Shown: positions 20,925 through 31,998 of the stretch, one piece after another
Layout: each line of letters begins with the position of its first letter
Position numbering within the stretch: position 1 is the stretch's first letter
Assembly (NCBI GenBank): GCA_946487895.1
Contig: CAMLUO010000001.1
Span: 41,540-105,539, forward strand
Source: an uncultured Clostridium sp.
Lineage (GTDB): Bacteria; Bacillota; Clostridia; TANB77; CAG-508
Direction of reading: 5' to 3'
DNA length: 64,000 nucleotides
Notes under the pieces: model-generated
Seen by the model: the letters and a program-made list of their open reading frames with translations, nothing else
Database searches by the model: none
Told to the model about the DNA's origin: nothing
Translations under genes and position numbers: made by a program

Positions 20925-21215
20925 ATTTAAAATTTAATTTTCTAACAAAAAACCACTTCATCCTCGAATTAGGACGAAATGGCTATCTTTCGTGGTACCA
21001 CCTAAATTTATTAGCTTTCTATAACTTTATCACTAACCTCATTATTGTTTTAACGGTGTTCTACCGCTTTTCTCTACTCTTACTATTTCAAGAAAAGACC
21101 TAAAAAAGTGAAATTTCTATATAATATTATCAATGGATTCCAGCCTTTGTCCATTTTCTCTTGTGATAATTTTTCCTTATATATACTTTGCTTTTTTGTT
21201 GGTTTTATATATTTG
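20925..21215 (-). promoter_or_regulatory. T-box riboswitch leader (Phe-specific by context) upstream of pheS
   Basis: The minus strand carries aaatttAGGTGGTACCACG, matching the T-box consensus AGGGTGGNACCGCG region. It is followed by a terminator hairpin (ccatttcgtcct...gaggatgaagtgg) and a T-run. The overlapping 69-aa ORF 21083..21292 is therefore not coding. Confidence 0.6.
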
Positions 21216-22484
21216 CTATACTTTTTCAGCAATTTCAGCTGTTTCTGCACTTCTGCCTGAGTTTCCAATCTTAATATTTCTAACATGGTCAATTTTCTCC
21301 CATGATGTTTCTCTTTTAAATAAACATTTAAAGTTTATTAGTAACCATGAACCCATGAATAATGGATAACAAATTAATCCTTTAATCATTGGTTTTATTG
21401 GTCTTCTATCTAATAGCATTGCAATTACTGCTGTACCGATAGGTAATAAGAATGTTGGTACTAAGAATTTTACTATATTAAATACTAATTCTTCGTTTGT
21501 CATTCCATTTCCTGCATACATTAAGAAGTTTGTTGCTAATATTATTAGAGTAATTATAAACATTGGTATACTTCCAATTATATATAAGAAACCATCAAAA
21601 TTCATCATTGTTTTCTTTTCTTTTGCAGCTGTTACTAGTTGTTTTGTATATTCTTTTATACATTGCATATGTCCAACTGTCCATCTGCTTCTTTGTGACC
21701 AACTTTGTGCAAATCCTGTTGGTTGTTCGTCATAACAGATTGCTTCTGTTGACCATCCTAATCTTTTACCTTTTATTATTCTTTTTAAAGAAAATTCAAT
21801 ATCTTCAGTTAATGTTACTGTTTTCAAACCACCTTCTGGTTTTATAACATCAAATCTTACCATAAATCCTGTACCATTTAATAATGGTGATAGTCCTAAA
21901 TTATATCTTGCTAAATGATAAAATCTATGCATTGTCCAGTAGAATAACGCATATCCTGCTGATATCCAGTTATCTGTTGGGTTTTTAATATCTCTATATC
22001 CTTGAACTACATCTTCACCTTGACATAGTTTTTTATTCATTGCTTTGATGAAGTTTGGGTCTACTATGTTGTCTGCATCAAATACTAAGAATGCATCGTA
22101 GTCAGCGTTTTCATCAATTTTTTGTTGTAAAAACCAGTCTAAGGCATATCCTTTTGTTTTCTTTGTTTCATCAAATCTTTCATATACTATTGCACCTGCT
22201 TCTTTTGCAATTTTTGCTGTGTTGTCTGTGCAGTTATCTGCAATAACATATATATCATATAATTCTTTATCATAGTTTTGATTTTTTAGGCTTTCAATTA
22301 AGTTTCCAACTACTGCTTCTTCATTATGTGCTGGTACTATAGCCATAAATTTGTGATTCTTGTTTACTTTTAATGGTTTTTCTTTTATTTTTACTAGTGA
22401 GCATAAACTTACCATTATTTGATATAACCAGAATATTGTAATTATCCATAACAATGCTTCTCTTAGTATATATAAATAATCCAT
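21216..22484 (-). CDS. Membrane glycosyltransferase family 2 (processive, cellulose/PNAG-synthase-like)
   Basis: The GT2 core reads PAHNEE...DNCTDNT...DADN. A QxxRW-like motif (QRSRW) and multiple TM helices are present. Confidence 0.75.
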   Translation of the reverse strand: MDYLYILREALLWIITIFWLYQIMVSLCSLVKIKEKPLKVNKNHKFMAIVPAHNEEAVVGNLIESLKNQNYDKELYDIYVIADNCTDNTAKIAKEAGAIVYERFDETKKTKGYALDWFLQQKIDENADYDAFLVFDADNIVDPNFIKAMNKKLCQGEDVVQGYRDIKNPTDNWISAGYALFYWTMHRFYHLARYNLGLSPLLNGTGFMVRFDVIKPEGGLKTVTLTEDIEFSLKRIIKGKRLGWSTEAICYDEQPTGFAQSWSQRSRWTVGHMQCIKEYTKQLVTAAKEKKTMMNFDGFLYIIGSIPMFIITLIILATNFLMYAGNGMTNEELVFNIVKFLVPTFLLPIGTAVIAMLLDRRPIKPMIKGLICYPLFMGSWLLINFKCLFKRETSWEKIDHVRNIKIGNSGRSAETAEIAEKV

Positions 22485-22609
22485 TTTCTACCTCTCTTTT
22501 TATTTTTTCGTTTATTTAATATTATTATGCTACCTTTTCTATTATACTATTATTGTTAAAATTTTGCAATATTTTCGCGTCAATTTCTTGAATTTTTCAT
22601 GATTTTTAT

Positions 22610-23503
22610 TTAATATTCCCATTTAGGCACATATTCTTCTTCATGTTCACCTAATTCTTGTATAAATCCATTCTCTATTCCAAGTTTCTCAACATAATCT
22701 TCAATCTCATTCCACTCTTCTTTTGTCAATTTTCTATTTATTTCTTTTACTTCTTTTGCTTTATATGTTGGGAAATATTGGGCCATTATGCTGACATATG
22801 TATAATCTTCCATATTTTCTTTTATCCATTGCAAAATCTTTTTACTATTTTCAATATTATTTGGTAATACTAAATGCCTTATAATCATTCCTTTTTGCAT
22901 GATACCGTTTTCATTAAAAAGTGGTTCTCCAACTTGTCTTTGCATTTCTTTTAAAGCATTTGTTGTTATTTCAAAATAATTATCAATTTTAGAATATTTT
23001 TTTGCCATGTCATCAAAATAATATTTGAAATCTGGCAAATAGATATCCACATATCCTTCTAGCATTTTTAAAGTTTCTACTTTTTCATATCCATTTGTAT
23101 TGTATACAATTGGTATATTAAGTCCATTTTGCTTTGCAATCCTAATTGCCTCAATAATTTGTGGTACATAGCTTGTTGGTGTTACTAGATTTATATTTTC
23201 CACATTTTTTTCTTGTTGTTTTATAAAAATTTGAGCTAAATCTTCAATAGATATTTCTTTTCCTTTTCCTAATTGACTTATTTCATAATTTTGGCAAAAA
23301 ATGCAGTTTAAATTGCAGTTAGAAAAAAAGACTGTTCCTGAGCCTTTTTCTCCACTAATACATGGTTCTTCAAAATTATGAGTAGAATATAATGCTATTT
23401 TAATTGTATCTTTTGATTTGCATCTTCCTATTTGATTTTCATTTCTGTTTATATTGCATTCATGTGGACATATTTTACACTTCATTAGATACTCTTTGTA
23501 CAT
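22610..23503 (-). CDS. Radical SAM protein, PflX/YjjW-like (pyruvate formate-lyase activating enzyme family)
   Basis: An N-terminal Cys cluster (CKICPHECN...GRC) is followed by CNLNCIFCQN (CxxxCxxC). Confidence 0.6.
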   Translation of the reverse strand: MYKEYLMKCKICPHECNINRNENQIGRCKSKDTIKIALYSTHNFEEPCISGEKGSGTVFFSNCNLNCIFCQNYEISQLGKGKEISIEDLAQIFIKQQEKNVENINLVTPTSYVPQIIEAIRIAKQNGLNIPIVYNTNGYEKVETLKMLEGYVDIYLPDFKYYFDDMAKKYSKIDNYFEITTNALKEMQRQVGEPLFNENGIMQKGMIIRHLVLPNNIENSKKILQWIKENMEDYTYVSIMAQYFPTYKAKEVKEINRKLTKEEWNEIEDYVEKLGIENGFIQELGEHEEEYVPKWEY

Positions 23504-24140
23504 ATATATTATCGCCTTCTTTTTTTAATGTTACTATTTTTTTAGTGAATTTATCTAAATTATTTTTTACTATATCTTGACTACTACTTTCTTGATTTTC
23601 TTCTACTTTTCCTATTTCTTCATCATTTAGATTTTTAATAATTATTTGAGATTCTTGAGAATAATCTTCTAAATATTCTACTATTTCTACTTCATACCCA
23701 GTATCTGTTGGGTTTATTTGATTCAACAAAAAGCAATCTTCTTCTTGGTCTAGTCCCATTCCTGTTGCATAATATTTGCCTGTTTGCTCATCATATGTAA
23801 AATTTTCTGTTCCCTCTTTTGGGAATTCTTTTGTAAAGTCTGGTCCGAATAATTCTTTTGCTTTTTCTTGAATTTGGTCATAACTTAATTCATAATCTTC
23901 TAGATTCTTTTTTACCGCTTCCCATGTCCACATGTCATTTGCATCATTTATATTTTCAAATGTAGGTAATGCTTCATTAGTCACTTCTTTCCACATATAT
24001 ATTTTTGTTATATATGTTTGTATTTGTTCTATTTCTTGTACACTTACTTGGTTGCTTGAACTTATTGCCATATTTCTATATATTATCATTCCAACAAATA
24101 TTATTAATAAAATAATTATTGCGACAATCATTTTTCTCAT
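23475..24140 (-). CDS. Membrane-anchored hypothetical protein
   Basis: An N-terminal TM helix and an acidic extracellular domain. It lies upstream of the two-component system. Confidence 0.4.
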   Translation of the reverse strand: MRKMIVAIIILLIIFVGMIIYRNMAISSSNQVSVQEIEQIQTYITKIYMWKEVTNEALPTFENINDANDMWTWEAVKKNLEDYELSYDQIQEKAKELFGPDFTKEFPKEGTENFTYDEQTGKYYATGMGLDQEEDCFLLNQINPTDTGYEVEIVEYLEDYSQESQIIIKNLNDEEIGKVEENQESSSQDIVKNNLDKFTKKIVTLKKEGDNIYVQRVSNEV

Positions 24141-24227
24141 TTTACCTACATTCCTCTCATGTTTTTATCTCTCGATTGTCATTTTATCACACGTATTTTT
24201 TGATTTCAATATATTTTAATTCAAAAT

Positions 24228-26252
24228 TTAATATGTCCACTCCATCACAACTTTAAATAAATCACCATCTATAACAATATCAAAAGTTCCTCTTTGTAGT
24301 TCAGTTAAGCTTTTTGCAATTGATAAACCTAATCCGCTTCCTTCAGTATATCTTGATTTATCACCTCTAACAAATCTCTGCATCAATTCATCACTACTAA
24401 TATTTAGTCTATCTTTAGAAATATTTTTTATACTAATATTAACTTTTTTATTTGTCTTTTTTACATCAATATATACTCTTGAATTTTCTTGTGCATATTT
24501 GCTAATATTGCTAAATAGATTTTCCATAATCCTAAACATATATCTATTATCTGCATCTATTCTTACATCTTCATGTGGTATATCTGTTTCTATTTGGAGA
24601 TTTCTACTTTCAAGTCTATCTTTAAATTCTCCAATTGTCTGATTTATTAATTCTTTGATATTTATGCTTTCAATATTTAATTTAACATTTCCAGAAGATG
24701 CTTTTGATGCTTCAACTAAATCTTCTGTTAATTTTTTAAGTCTTTGTGATTTAACATCTAAAATATCTATATATTCTTTAATTTTTTCATCTTTTATATC
24801 TTCTTTTTTCAATAAATCTACATAGTTTATTATAGATGTTAATGGTGTTTTTATATCATGTGATACATTTGTAATTAATTCAGTTTTTAGTCTTTCTGAT
24901 TTCAAATTTTCTTCAATTGCGTTTTTAAATCCACCTGCTATATCATTAATATATACTGCCATTTCTTTCAATGTCCCTTCAAGTTCTTGTTCGTTTATGT
25001 GAACACTGGTATCTCCGTCGTAGATTTTTTTTAAAGTTTCCTTAAGCATTTCTTCTTGTCTCACATATTTTCTTAATTTATAATATGCCCATATCCAAAA
25101 AGCTATTACGATTAATATTGCTATTCCTGTTACAAACATACTTAGAAGTATTGTTGTTATTAACACAAATCCCCAATAAAGCCAGAATACCTTTTTAGTG
25201 TTAGATGTCTTATTTTTGAATTCGTCTGTATATTTTTTTATCTTATTTTTACACCATCTTAATATTTTATATGTTAAAAAACTTCTCCAAAATTGTTTTG
25301 CTTTTATTCTTTTTATTGTTGTGATTGTTAGTGCTGCTGTCATTACATAACAAATTATATATGAAATTATTAATATTGTTACAAATATATAATTAAAACT
25401 ATCTGTTACACTATTTACTGCTATTGCCCAGAACATTGGTATTATGCAGCAAAATAGTAAAAATACTAATTCATATGGAAGTTCGTCTATAAAGTTTAAA
25501 GTTATTCCTTCTTTTCCTTTTTTGTGTCCAATTGCCCATAATAGATATATTGCTATTATTGTTAATAATATTAAACTGATTGCTAGTGCATATACCGGTA
25601 ATTTTTGATTTGAAGTGACAAATTGGTATATATCTTGTGTTGTTACAAAATCGAATGATTGCTCTGTTCTTGTTTGATTATATGATGTGTATATATCATA
25701 ATCTCTTAAAGTTTTTGCAGTTTCATCTATTAATACTGGTTGTGTATCAATCATTTCATGATAATATGTATAATCATATTTCATATTATCTTGGTTCATA
25801 TAATTTATGTCTGTTTGTATCTGCCCATTTACAATATTCCAATAATATGGATTTGAACTATTTTCATTCATAGTTTGTTGATAGTCATTGCTTTTTATGT
25901 TTGTATACATTTTGCCTGTTTCTTTATCTATTATTATATAATTTATACAGATTTCTGAATCATGATTATAATCTTCTGAATAATAATATTGTTGTCCCTT
26001 TGAATCTTCTAATTGTATGTATTGTCCTGTTTCTTCACTTCTTTCGGCTTTTCCTACTTTATCTAATACAGAGTAGAAATATTTATCTGCAAACCATTGA
26101 CTTTGCTTATATTCTGTTGCTATATTATCATTCATTTCAAATTCATTTAGATATGTTATATGAACTATGCTAAGAAATAATATTGCAGCTAATATTGGAA
26201 TTAATATATAACATAATATTTTTAAAATAGATGATTCTCTTAATTTCTCCAT
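24228..26252 (-). CDS. Sensor histidine kinase with multiple TM segments
   Basis: An H-box (SHDIKTPLTSI) and the N/G1/G2 boxes (ENLFSNISKYA, GSGLGLSIAKS) are present. Confidence 0.8.
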   Translation of the reverse strand: MEKLRESSILKILCYILIPILAAILFLSIVHITYLNEFEMNDNIATEYKQSQWFADKYFYSVLDKVGKAERSEETGQYIQLEDSKGQQYYYSEDYNHDSEICINYIIIDKETGKMYTNIKSNDYQQTMNENSSNPYYWNIVNGQIQTDINYMNQDNMKYDYTYYHEMIDTQPVLIDETAKTLRDYDIYTSYNQTRTEQSFDFVTTQDIYQFVTSNQKLPVYALAISLILLTIIAIYLLWAIGHKKGKEGITLNFIDELPYELVFLLFCCIIPMFWAIAVNSVTDSFNYIFVTILIISYIICYVMTAALTITTIKRIKAKQFWRSFLTYKILRWCKNKIKKYTDEFKNKTSNTKKVFWLYWGFVLITTILLSMFVTGIAILIVIAFWIWAYYKLRKYVRQEEMLKETLKKIYDGDTSVHINEQELEGTLKEMAVYINDIAGGFKNAIEENLKSERLKTELITNVSHDIKTPLTSIINYVDLLKKEDIKDEKIKEYIDILDVKSQRLKKLTEDLVEASKASSGNVKLNIESINIKELINQTIGEFKDRLESRNLQIETDIPHEDVRIDADNRYMFRIMENLFSNISKYAQENSRVYIDVKKTNKKVNISIKNISKDRLNISSDELMQRFVRGDKSRYTEGSGLGLSIAKSLTELQRGTFDIVIDGDLFKVVMEWTY

Positions 26253-26275
26253 TTTTTATTTCATTCCTTTCTTAC

Positions 26276-26976
26276 TTATTTTTCAATATTCTCTATTTTG
26301 TAGCCAATCCCCCATATAACCTTCAAATATCTAGGTTCTTTTGGATTTATCTCAATCTTTTCTCTTATGTGTCTTATATGTACTGCTATAATATTTTCTG
26401 CTCCATAGCTTTCTTCTTTCCAAACATTTTCATATATTTGTGGAATAGAATACACCTTTCCTTTGTTTTTTAATAAGAATTTCAATATATTAAACTCTGT
26501 TGCTGTTAATTTTACTTCTTTGCCATCTACTGTAACTTTTTTAGTTTCATCATCAAGTATTAATTCTCCTGTTCTATATATTTGTTTATTGTCTTTTTTC
26601 TCCATTGCGCCTAATGACACATAACGTCTTATTTGTGAATTTACTCTTGCAATTAGTTCTAATGGATTAAATGGTTTTGTAATATAATCATCTGCTCCTT
26701 GATTTAATCCACCTATTTTGTCATAATCTTCAGATTTTGCTGACAAGAGAATTACTGGTATAGATTTATCTTTTCTTAATTCTTCTAATGTCTCTAATCC
26801 GTCTTTTTCTGGCATCATGATGTCTAGAATTATTAGATGTATTTCATTTTCCTTTACTTTTTCTAATGCTTCATTTCCATTGTAGGCTTTTATTATGTTA
26901 TACCCTTCCTTTTTTAAATAAATTTCAATTGCTCCTACTATTTCTCTATCATCATCAACAACTAAAATATTGTACA
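26276..26976 (-). CDS. OmpR-family response regulator
   Basis: A receiver domain (MYNILVVDDD...LDIMMP) and a winged-helix C-terminus (YLKVIWGIGYK). The true start is probably MYNIL, not the longer track ORF. Confidence 0.85.
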
Positions 26977-27060
26977 TTGTAAATCCCTTTCCTTTCATTT
27001 TCTGATAATAGTATACCACAAATATTATGAAGAAAAAATAGAGAAAAAATTAATTTTTTA

Positions 27061-27558
27061 TTAATATGTTCGTACACCTGATATATGAATAAATCTAATC
27101 TTTTGAAATAAATATTCTGAAATTGCCTTATTAAAGCTATCAAATGTATGTGAAGCAATTTTAATTTTGGATAATGTGAATTTATTTTCAATATTTACAA
27201 TCATTAAAGTATGCTCAAATTTATCTCCATCAAAGGATAATTGAGCTATATCACCTATTTCTATTTCATTTATTTTAGCTTCTTTTCCATATGGACCTAC
27301 ACTTTTATTATTTATCAAAAACTTATATAAAAAGTCTACTCCACTCCAAGACGGAGATTTATTGTTTCCGTTTATATAATACCAGCCTACATCTTTTGTG
27401 TAATTCATAACCTTTGCACCTGCAAATATGCATTGAGATACAAAACTTGTACAATCTCCTCCAACATTATCAAAGTTATAGTATTTTGGATTTCTTGATA
27501 ATGCCCACTTTTTTGCATATTCAATTACTTTATTTCTATCATATAATAACTCTTTCAA
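27061..27558 (-). CDS. Putative amidase-domain protein (NlpC/P60 or CHAP-like cysteine peptidase fold)
   Basis: 165 aa. The GGDCTSFVSQCIFAG motif resembles a papain-like amidase active site. Confidence 0.45.
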   Translation of the reverse strand: MKELLYDRNKVIEYAKKWALSRNPKYYNFDNVGGDCTSFVSQCIFAGAKVMNYTKDVGWYYINGNNKSPSWSGVDFLYKFLINNKSVGPYGKEAKINEIEIGDIAQLSFDGDKFEHTLMIVNIENKFTLSKIKIASHTFDSFNKAISEYLFQKIRFIHISGVRTY

Positions 27559-27645
27559 CTATATCCCACCTTCTTATTTTCCAACAAATATTTGTATATA
27601 TCATTTATATTTATATAAGGATGTCTATTATACAAGAACACACCA

Positions 27646-27690
27646 AAAAAATGTCGCATGAGAAACGTCCCCAATGCGACACTTTTTTAT
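27646..27690. terminator. GGGGACG-core hairpin with flanking T-runs, downstream of clpX (bidirectional terminator)
   Basis: The stem atgtcgcatgagaaacgtccccaatgcgacac forms from gtcgcat and atgcgac. It is followed by tttttt. Confidence 0.55.
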
Positions 27691-29003
27691 GCTGCAGGTG
27701 TTTGTCTTTTCTTTTTACCTGTAGGCTTATCACTATTTTCTTCCTTGTTTTTATTTTTATTTATAACTAATTCTGGCCCTTTATTCTCCAAAATTGTTTC
27801 TTTTGTTATAATACATTTTTCTATATCTGGATTAGATGGTATTTCAAACATGATGTCTCTCATTCTTTCTTCTATTATTGAACGAAGTCCTCTTGCCCCT
27901 GTTTTTCTTTCAATTGCTTTATCAACAATTGCTTCTAAGGCTTCTTGTTTAAATACTAATTCTACTCCATCTATTTCAAATAGTTTTTGATATTGTTTTA
28001 CCAATGAATTTTTAGGTTCTACTAATATTTGTATTAAAGCATCTCTATCTAAGTCTTTTAGTGTTGCTACTATTGGCAATCTTCCTATAAATTCTGGTAT
28101 TAGTCCGAATTTTAATAAATCTTGTGGTAATAGTTCTTGGAATATTTCATATTTATTGATTTCTTTTTGGCTTTTTATTTGTGTTCCAAATCCTATTGCT
28201 TTTTCACCAGTTCTGTCTTTTATGATGTTTTCAAGTCCTTCAAAAGCTCCCCCACATATTATTAAAATGTTTTCTGTGTTTATTTGTATTAATTCTTGGT
28301 TAGGATGTTTTCTTCCTCCTTGTGGTGGTACTGATGCAATTGTTCCTTCTATTATTTTTAATAATGCTTGTTGTACTCCTTCACCACTTACATCTCTAGT
28401 TATTGATGGATTTTCTGATTTTCTTGTTATTTTGTCTATTTCATCAATATATATAATTCCTTTTTCTGCTTTTTGAATGTCCCCATCTGCTGCTTGTATT
28501 AATTTTAGTAAGATATTTTCAACATCTTCTCCAACATATCCTGCTTCTGTTAATGTTGTTGCATCTGCTATTGCAAATGGTACATTTAAGATTTTTGCTA
28601 ATGTTCTTGCTAAAAGTGTTTTTCCACAACCAGTTGGTCCTAATAATAAGATATTACTTTTTTGTATTTCTATATCATTTTTGTTTGAAACTTCTTCATG
28701 TGCTACTCTTTTATAATGATTATATACTGCTACTGATAATGTTTTTTTAGCTTCTTCTTGACCAATTACATAGTCATCTAAGACTTCTTTTATTTCTTTA
28801 GGACTTGGTATATCATTTAATTCGTTTAAACTGTATCCTGCTTTTTCATCTTCATATAATTCTGCTTCTATTATGCTATTGCAAAGCTCTACACATTCAT
28901 CACAAATATATACCCCTGGTCCTGCTACTATTTTTCTTACATTTTCTTGTGACTTACCACAAAATGAACATCTTACACTTTTAGGTGCGTTATTCTTCGC
29001 CAT
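27687..29003 (-). CDS. clpX: ATP-dependent Clp protease ATP-binding subunit ClpX
   Basis: An N-terminal zinc ribbon (CSFCGK...CDEC), Walker A GPTGCGKT, and location adjacent to clpP. Confidence 0.9.
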   Translation of the reverse strand: MAKNNAPKSVRCSFCGKSQENVRKIVAGPGVYICDECVELCNSIIEAELYEDEKAGYSLNELNDIPSPKEIKEVLDDYVIGQEEAKKTLSVAVYNHYKRVAHEEVSNKNDIEIQKSNILLLGPTGCGKTLLARTLAKILNVPFAIADATTLTEAGYVGEDVENILLKLIQAADGDIQKAEKGIIYIDEIDKITRKSENPSITRDVSGEGVQQALLKIIEGTIASVPPQGGRKHPNQELIQINTENILIICGGAFEGLENIIKDRTGEKAIGFGTQIKSQKEINKYEIFQELLPQDLLKFGLIPEFIGRLPIVATLKDLDRDALIQILVEPKNSLVKQYQKLFEIDGVELVFKQEALEAIVDKAIERKTGARGLRSIIEERMRDIMFEIPSNPDIEKCIITKETILENKGPELVINKNKNKEENSDKPTGKKKRQTPAA

Positions 29004-29187
29004 TTTCTCTTCTCCATTCTCTTTACTATTTTTCTTATTGTATAGGAAAAATCCGCTTTTATCTTGACCATATATAAGATTTTTCCGTATACAAAAAGGT
29101 TAATTTTCCTTTGTACGTGTAATAATCGCGAAGCGATTTTACACATCAGGACGTCGAAATCTTTGATTTCGCTAACGTCCAATTTTC

Positions 29188-29793
29188 TTATTTTCTTTTG
29201 TCCATAATTCCGTCTATTAATCCATATTTTAATGCTTCTTCAGCTGTCATGTAATTATCTCTTTCAGTATCTTTTTGGATTGTTTCAACAGTTTGACCTG
29301 TTCTTTCACTTAGGAATTTATTTAATTTTTCTCTTGTTTTAACTAAGTGGTCTGCATGTATTTTGATTTCTGTCGCTTGACCTGAAAGTCCGCCACCACC
29401 GATTAATGGTTGGTGAATTAAGATTTCAGCATTTGGTGTTGCAAATCTTTTTCCTTTTTCTCCGGCTGCAAGTAATGCTGCTCCCATGCTTGCTGCCATT
29501 CCGATACATATTGTTGATACTGGACATTTGATATAATTCATTGTATCTATTATACCCATTCCATCTGTTATTGATCCACCTGGTGAATTTATATATAAAT
29601 TGATATCTTTGTCTGGGTCTTCTGATTCTAAGAATAATAATTGTGCAATTACTAGACTTGCTGTTGTTGCATTTACGTCTTCTCCTAAAAATATTATTCT
29701 ATCTTTTAATAATCTTGAGAAAATATCATATGATCTTTCTCCTTTGCTTGTTTGTTCGATTACATATGGTACTAAACTATTTTTTTCTAACAT
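29188..29793 (-). CDS. clpP: ATP-dependent Clp protease proteolytic subunit
   Basis: The active-site region contains GMAASMGA. 201 aa. Confidence 0.9.
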   Translation of the reverse strand: MLEKNSLVPYVIEQTSKGERSYDIFSRLLKDRIIFLGEDVNATTASLVIAQLLFLESEDPDKDINLYINSPGGSITDGMGIIDTMNYIKCPVSTICIGMAASMGAALLAAGEKGKRFATPNAEILIHQPLIGGGGLSGQATEIKIHADHLVKTREKLNKFLSERTGQTVETIQKDTERDNYMTAEEALKYGLIDGIMDKRK

Positions 29794-29960
29794 AATTCTA
29801 TTCCTCCTTGTTTTCCTTTATTAATTATATACCATTATTTTGAAATATAAACAATAGTTTTTAATTTTTTTGTTAAATTTATATATAAGTTTAATATAAA
29901 TGATAAGTAACAAATAAATGCTAAAAGCTAGGATACTTTTTACACCCCAGCTTTTATCTA

Positions 29961-31247
29961 TTATTTCATTTTTGCATTTTTTACTAAAAATTCTATTGCT
30001 TTTTGTGATGTTAATCCATCTTTAATGTAATTTCTTACATTTTCATTTTTCATGAATTCTTCATCATTTTCTTTTCCATAATTTTTAGCCATTTCTTTCA
30101 TTTTTTCGTCAACTTCTTCTTCTGTTGCTTCTATTTTTTCAGCTTTTATTACTGCCTCTAAAGCTAAACGTGATTTTATACTATCTATTGCTTGAGGTTC
30201 ATATTCTTTTCTCATTTCTTCAGTAGTTTTACCCATCATTTGAAGATATTGTTCTAATTTTAATCCTTGATATGATAATCTTTGTTCAATATCTTTTATC
30301 ATGTTGTCTACTTCAGTTTCAATCATTCCTGATGGAATATCTACTTTTACATTTTCACAAACTGCTTTTATTACTGCATCTTCAGTTTCATATTTTGCTT
30401 TATCATCATTTTGTTTTTGTTGTTTTTTCTTTATATCTTCTTTTAATTCTTTTAATGTATCAAATTCGCTTACATCTTTTGCAAATTCGTCATCTAGTTT
30501 TGGTAATTCTTTTTTCTTTATTTCATGTAATTTAACTTTAAATGTTGCATCTTTTCCAGCTAATTCTTTTGAGAAATATTCTTCTGGGAATTTAACATTT
30601 ATATCTTTTTCTTCATCAATTTTCATTCCAATTATTTGGTCTTCAAATCCTGGTATAAATGTGTTACTTCCTATTTCTAATTCATGACCTTCTGCTTTTC
30701 CACCGTCAAATGCTTTTCCATCAACAAATCCTTCAAAGTCAATTGTTGCAATATCTCCGCTTTCTACTGGTCTGTCTTCTACTGTAATCATTCTTGCATT
30801 GTGTTCTTGCATATGACTTAATTCATGATTTACGTCTTCTGCTGTTACTTTGTATTCTATTTTTTTGATTTCTACTCCTTTATATTTTCCAAGTTCAGCT
30901 TCTGGTTTTGTTTGCATTACTGCTGTAAATATTAAGTCTTTTCCTTTTTCTATTTGTGTTACATCAATATCAGGTCTTGATACAACATATAAATCGTTTT
31001 CTTTTACTGCTTCATCTAATGCTTCTCCTGCTACTTCATTGAAAGCATCTTCATAAAAGATTTCTTTTCCATAATATTTTTCTACTATATTCATTGGTGC
31101 TTTACCTTTTCTGAATCCTGGTATATTAAAATATTTTGCACTTTTGAAGTATACTTTTTTTATTGCATCATTAAATTTTTCTGCTTCTACTGTTATTTCT
31201 AATTTTACTTCATTTGCGTTTTTTGTTTTTTCAACTTTACATTTCAT
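29961..31247 (-). CDS. tig: Trigger factor
   Basis: Ribosome-binding, PPIase and C-terminal domains are present. The true start is MKCKVEK, which has an aaaggat RBS. The track N-extension runs into repeat 31264-31335. Confidence 0.9.
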   Translation of the reverse strand: MKCKVEKTKNANEVKLEITVEAEKFNDAIKKVYFKSAKYFNIPGFRKGKAPMNIVEKYYGKEIFYEDAFNEVAGEALDEAVKENDLYVVSRPDIDVTQIEKGKDLIFTAVMQTKPEAELGKYKGVEIKKIEYKVTAEDVNHELSHMQEHNARMITVEDRPVESGDIATIDFEGFVDGKAFDGGKAEGHELEIGSNTFIPGFEDQIIGMKIDEEKDINVKFPEEYFSKELAGKDATFKVKLHEIKKKELPKLDDEFAKDVSEFDTLKELKEDIKKKQQKQNDDKAKYETEDAVIKAVCENVKVDIPSGMIETEVDNMIKDIEQRLSYQGLKLEQYLQMMGKTTEEMRKEYEPQAIDSIKSRLALEAVIKAEKIEATEEEVDEKMKEMAKNYGKENDEEFMKNENVRNYIKDGLTSQKAIEFLVKNAKMK

Positions 31248-31263
31248 TCTATTCAATCCTTTC

Positions 31264-31335
31264 TTGCTTTCTAATGACAGGGGACACACCTTACTCTTTG
31301 GTCATTTCTAATTAAGTTTAGGAATGTCCCCTACC
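31264..31335. repeat. GGGGAC-core imperfect palindrome upstream of tig
   Basis: The element reads gacaggggacacacc...ggaatgtcccctacc. Confidence 0.5.
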
Positions 31336-31490
31336 AATTCATTTTTCTAAAGCCTATTTATTATACCACATTTTTCCTAATTTGCAAGGAATTTTTCATA
31401 ATTTTCAAAAAATACTTGTTTTTTTTATTTTTTTGTGGTAAACTTGTAAATAGTCAATTTATTTATGAAATTTAGGAGGTGCAGTTAAGA

Positions 31491-31688
31491 ATGGCAGTAT
31501 GTGAAATTTGTCAAAAATCAGCTAGTCATGGAAATAAACTTAGCATTACTCGTTCTCATATAAGCAAAAGATCACCACGTACTTGGAAACCAAACTTAAG
31601 AAGAGTTAAAGCAGATGTAAATGGTGAAACAAGAAGAATTTATGTATGTGCTAAATGTTTAAAAGATGGAAAAGTAAAAAGAGCCTAA
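31491..31688 (+). CDS. rpmB: 50S ribosomal protein L28
   Basis: MAVCEICQK...RRIYVCAKCLK. An aggaggtg RBS sits 10 nt upstream of the ATG. A terminator hairpin (agagcctaagctct) plus a T-run follows at 31680-31712. Confidence 0.85.
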   Translation: MAVCEICQKSASHGNKLSITRSHISKRSPRTWKPNLRRVKADVNGETRRIYVCAKCLKDGKVKRA

Positions 31689-31793
31689 GCTCTTTTTTTG
31701 TTTATTCTTTAATTCCAAATATCAACTTTACGATACCTCTTAGAAATTTTGGTACTTTTTTTACTACAATCGTCATATGTATCTCCCTCCTTT

Positions 31794-31943
31794 TTAACAA
31801 GCAAGCCACATTATTCCAATACTTACCACGGCTACTCCTATTATAAATAACCAACCTGTTGTTGGAAGTAATAAAACCATTAATATTCCTAACCCTAATC
31901 CAATTAGACAAACAGCTAATGTTTTTCTTAATATTCTACGCAA
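31794..31943 (-). CDS. Possible 49-aa hydrophobic peptide (TTG start, GGAGGT RBS). A second 24-aa peptide with a GGAGGGAG RBS lies at 31702-31776.
   Basis: Hand translation gives LRRILRKTLAVCLIGLGLGILMVLLLPTTGWLFIIGVAVVSIGIMWLAC. This is absent from the ORF track, and the call is speculative. Confidence 0.2.
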   Translation of the reverse strand: MRRILRKTLAVCLIGLGLGILMVLLLPTTGWLFIIGVAVVSIGIMWLAC

Positions 31944-31998
31944 TTTTATTACCTCCTTTTTTGTATATTATATTCTCTTTTCTATTATTTGTTCCTAA

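Noticed and set aside
21083-21292. 69-aa ORF upstream of pheS
   Set aside because: It coincides with the T-box leader RNA and with the 3' end of the glycosyltransferase gene, so it is not coding.
29003-29188. CtsR operator (GGTCAAA direct repeats) upstream of clpP/clpX
   Set aside because: I could not find the tandem heptad consensus on either strand. Only unrelated short palindromes (aatcgcgaagcgatt) are present.
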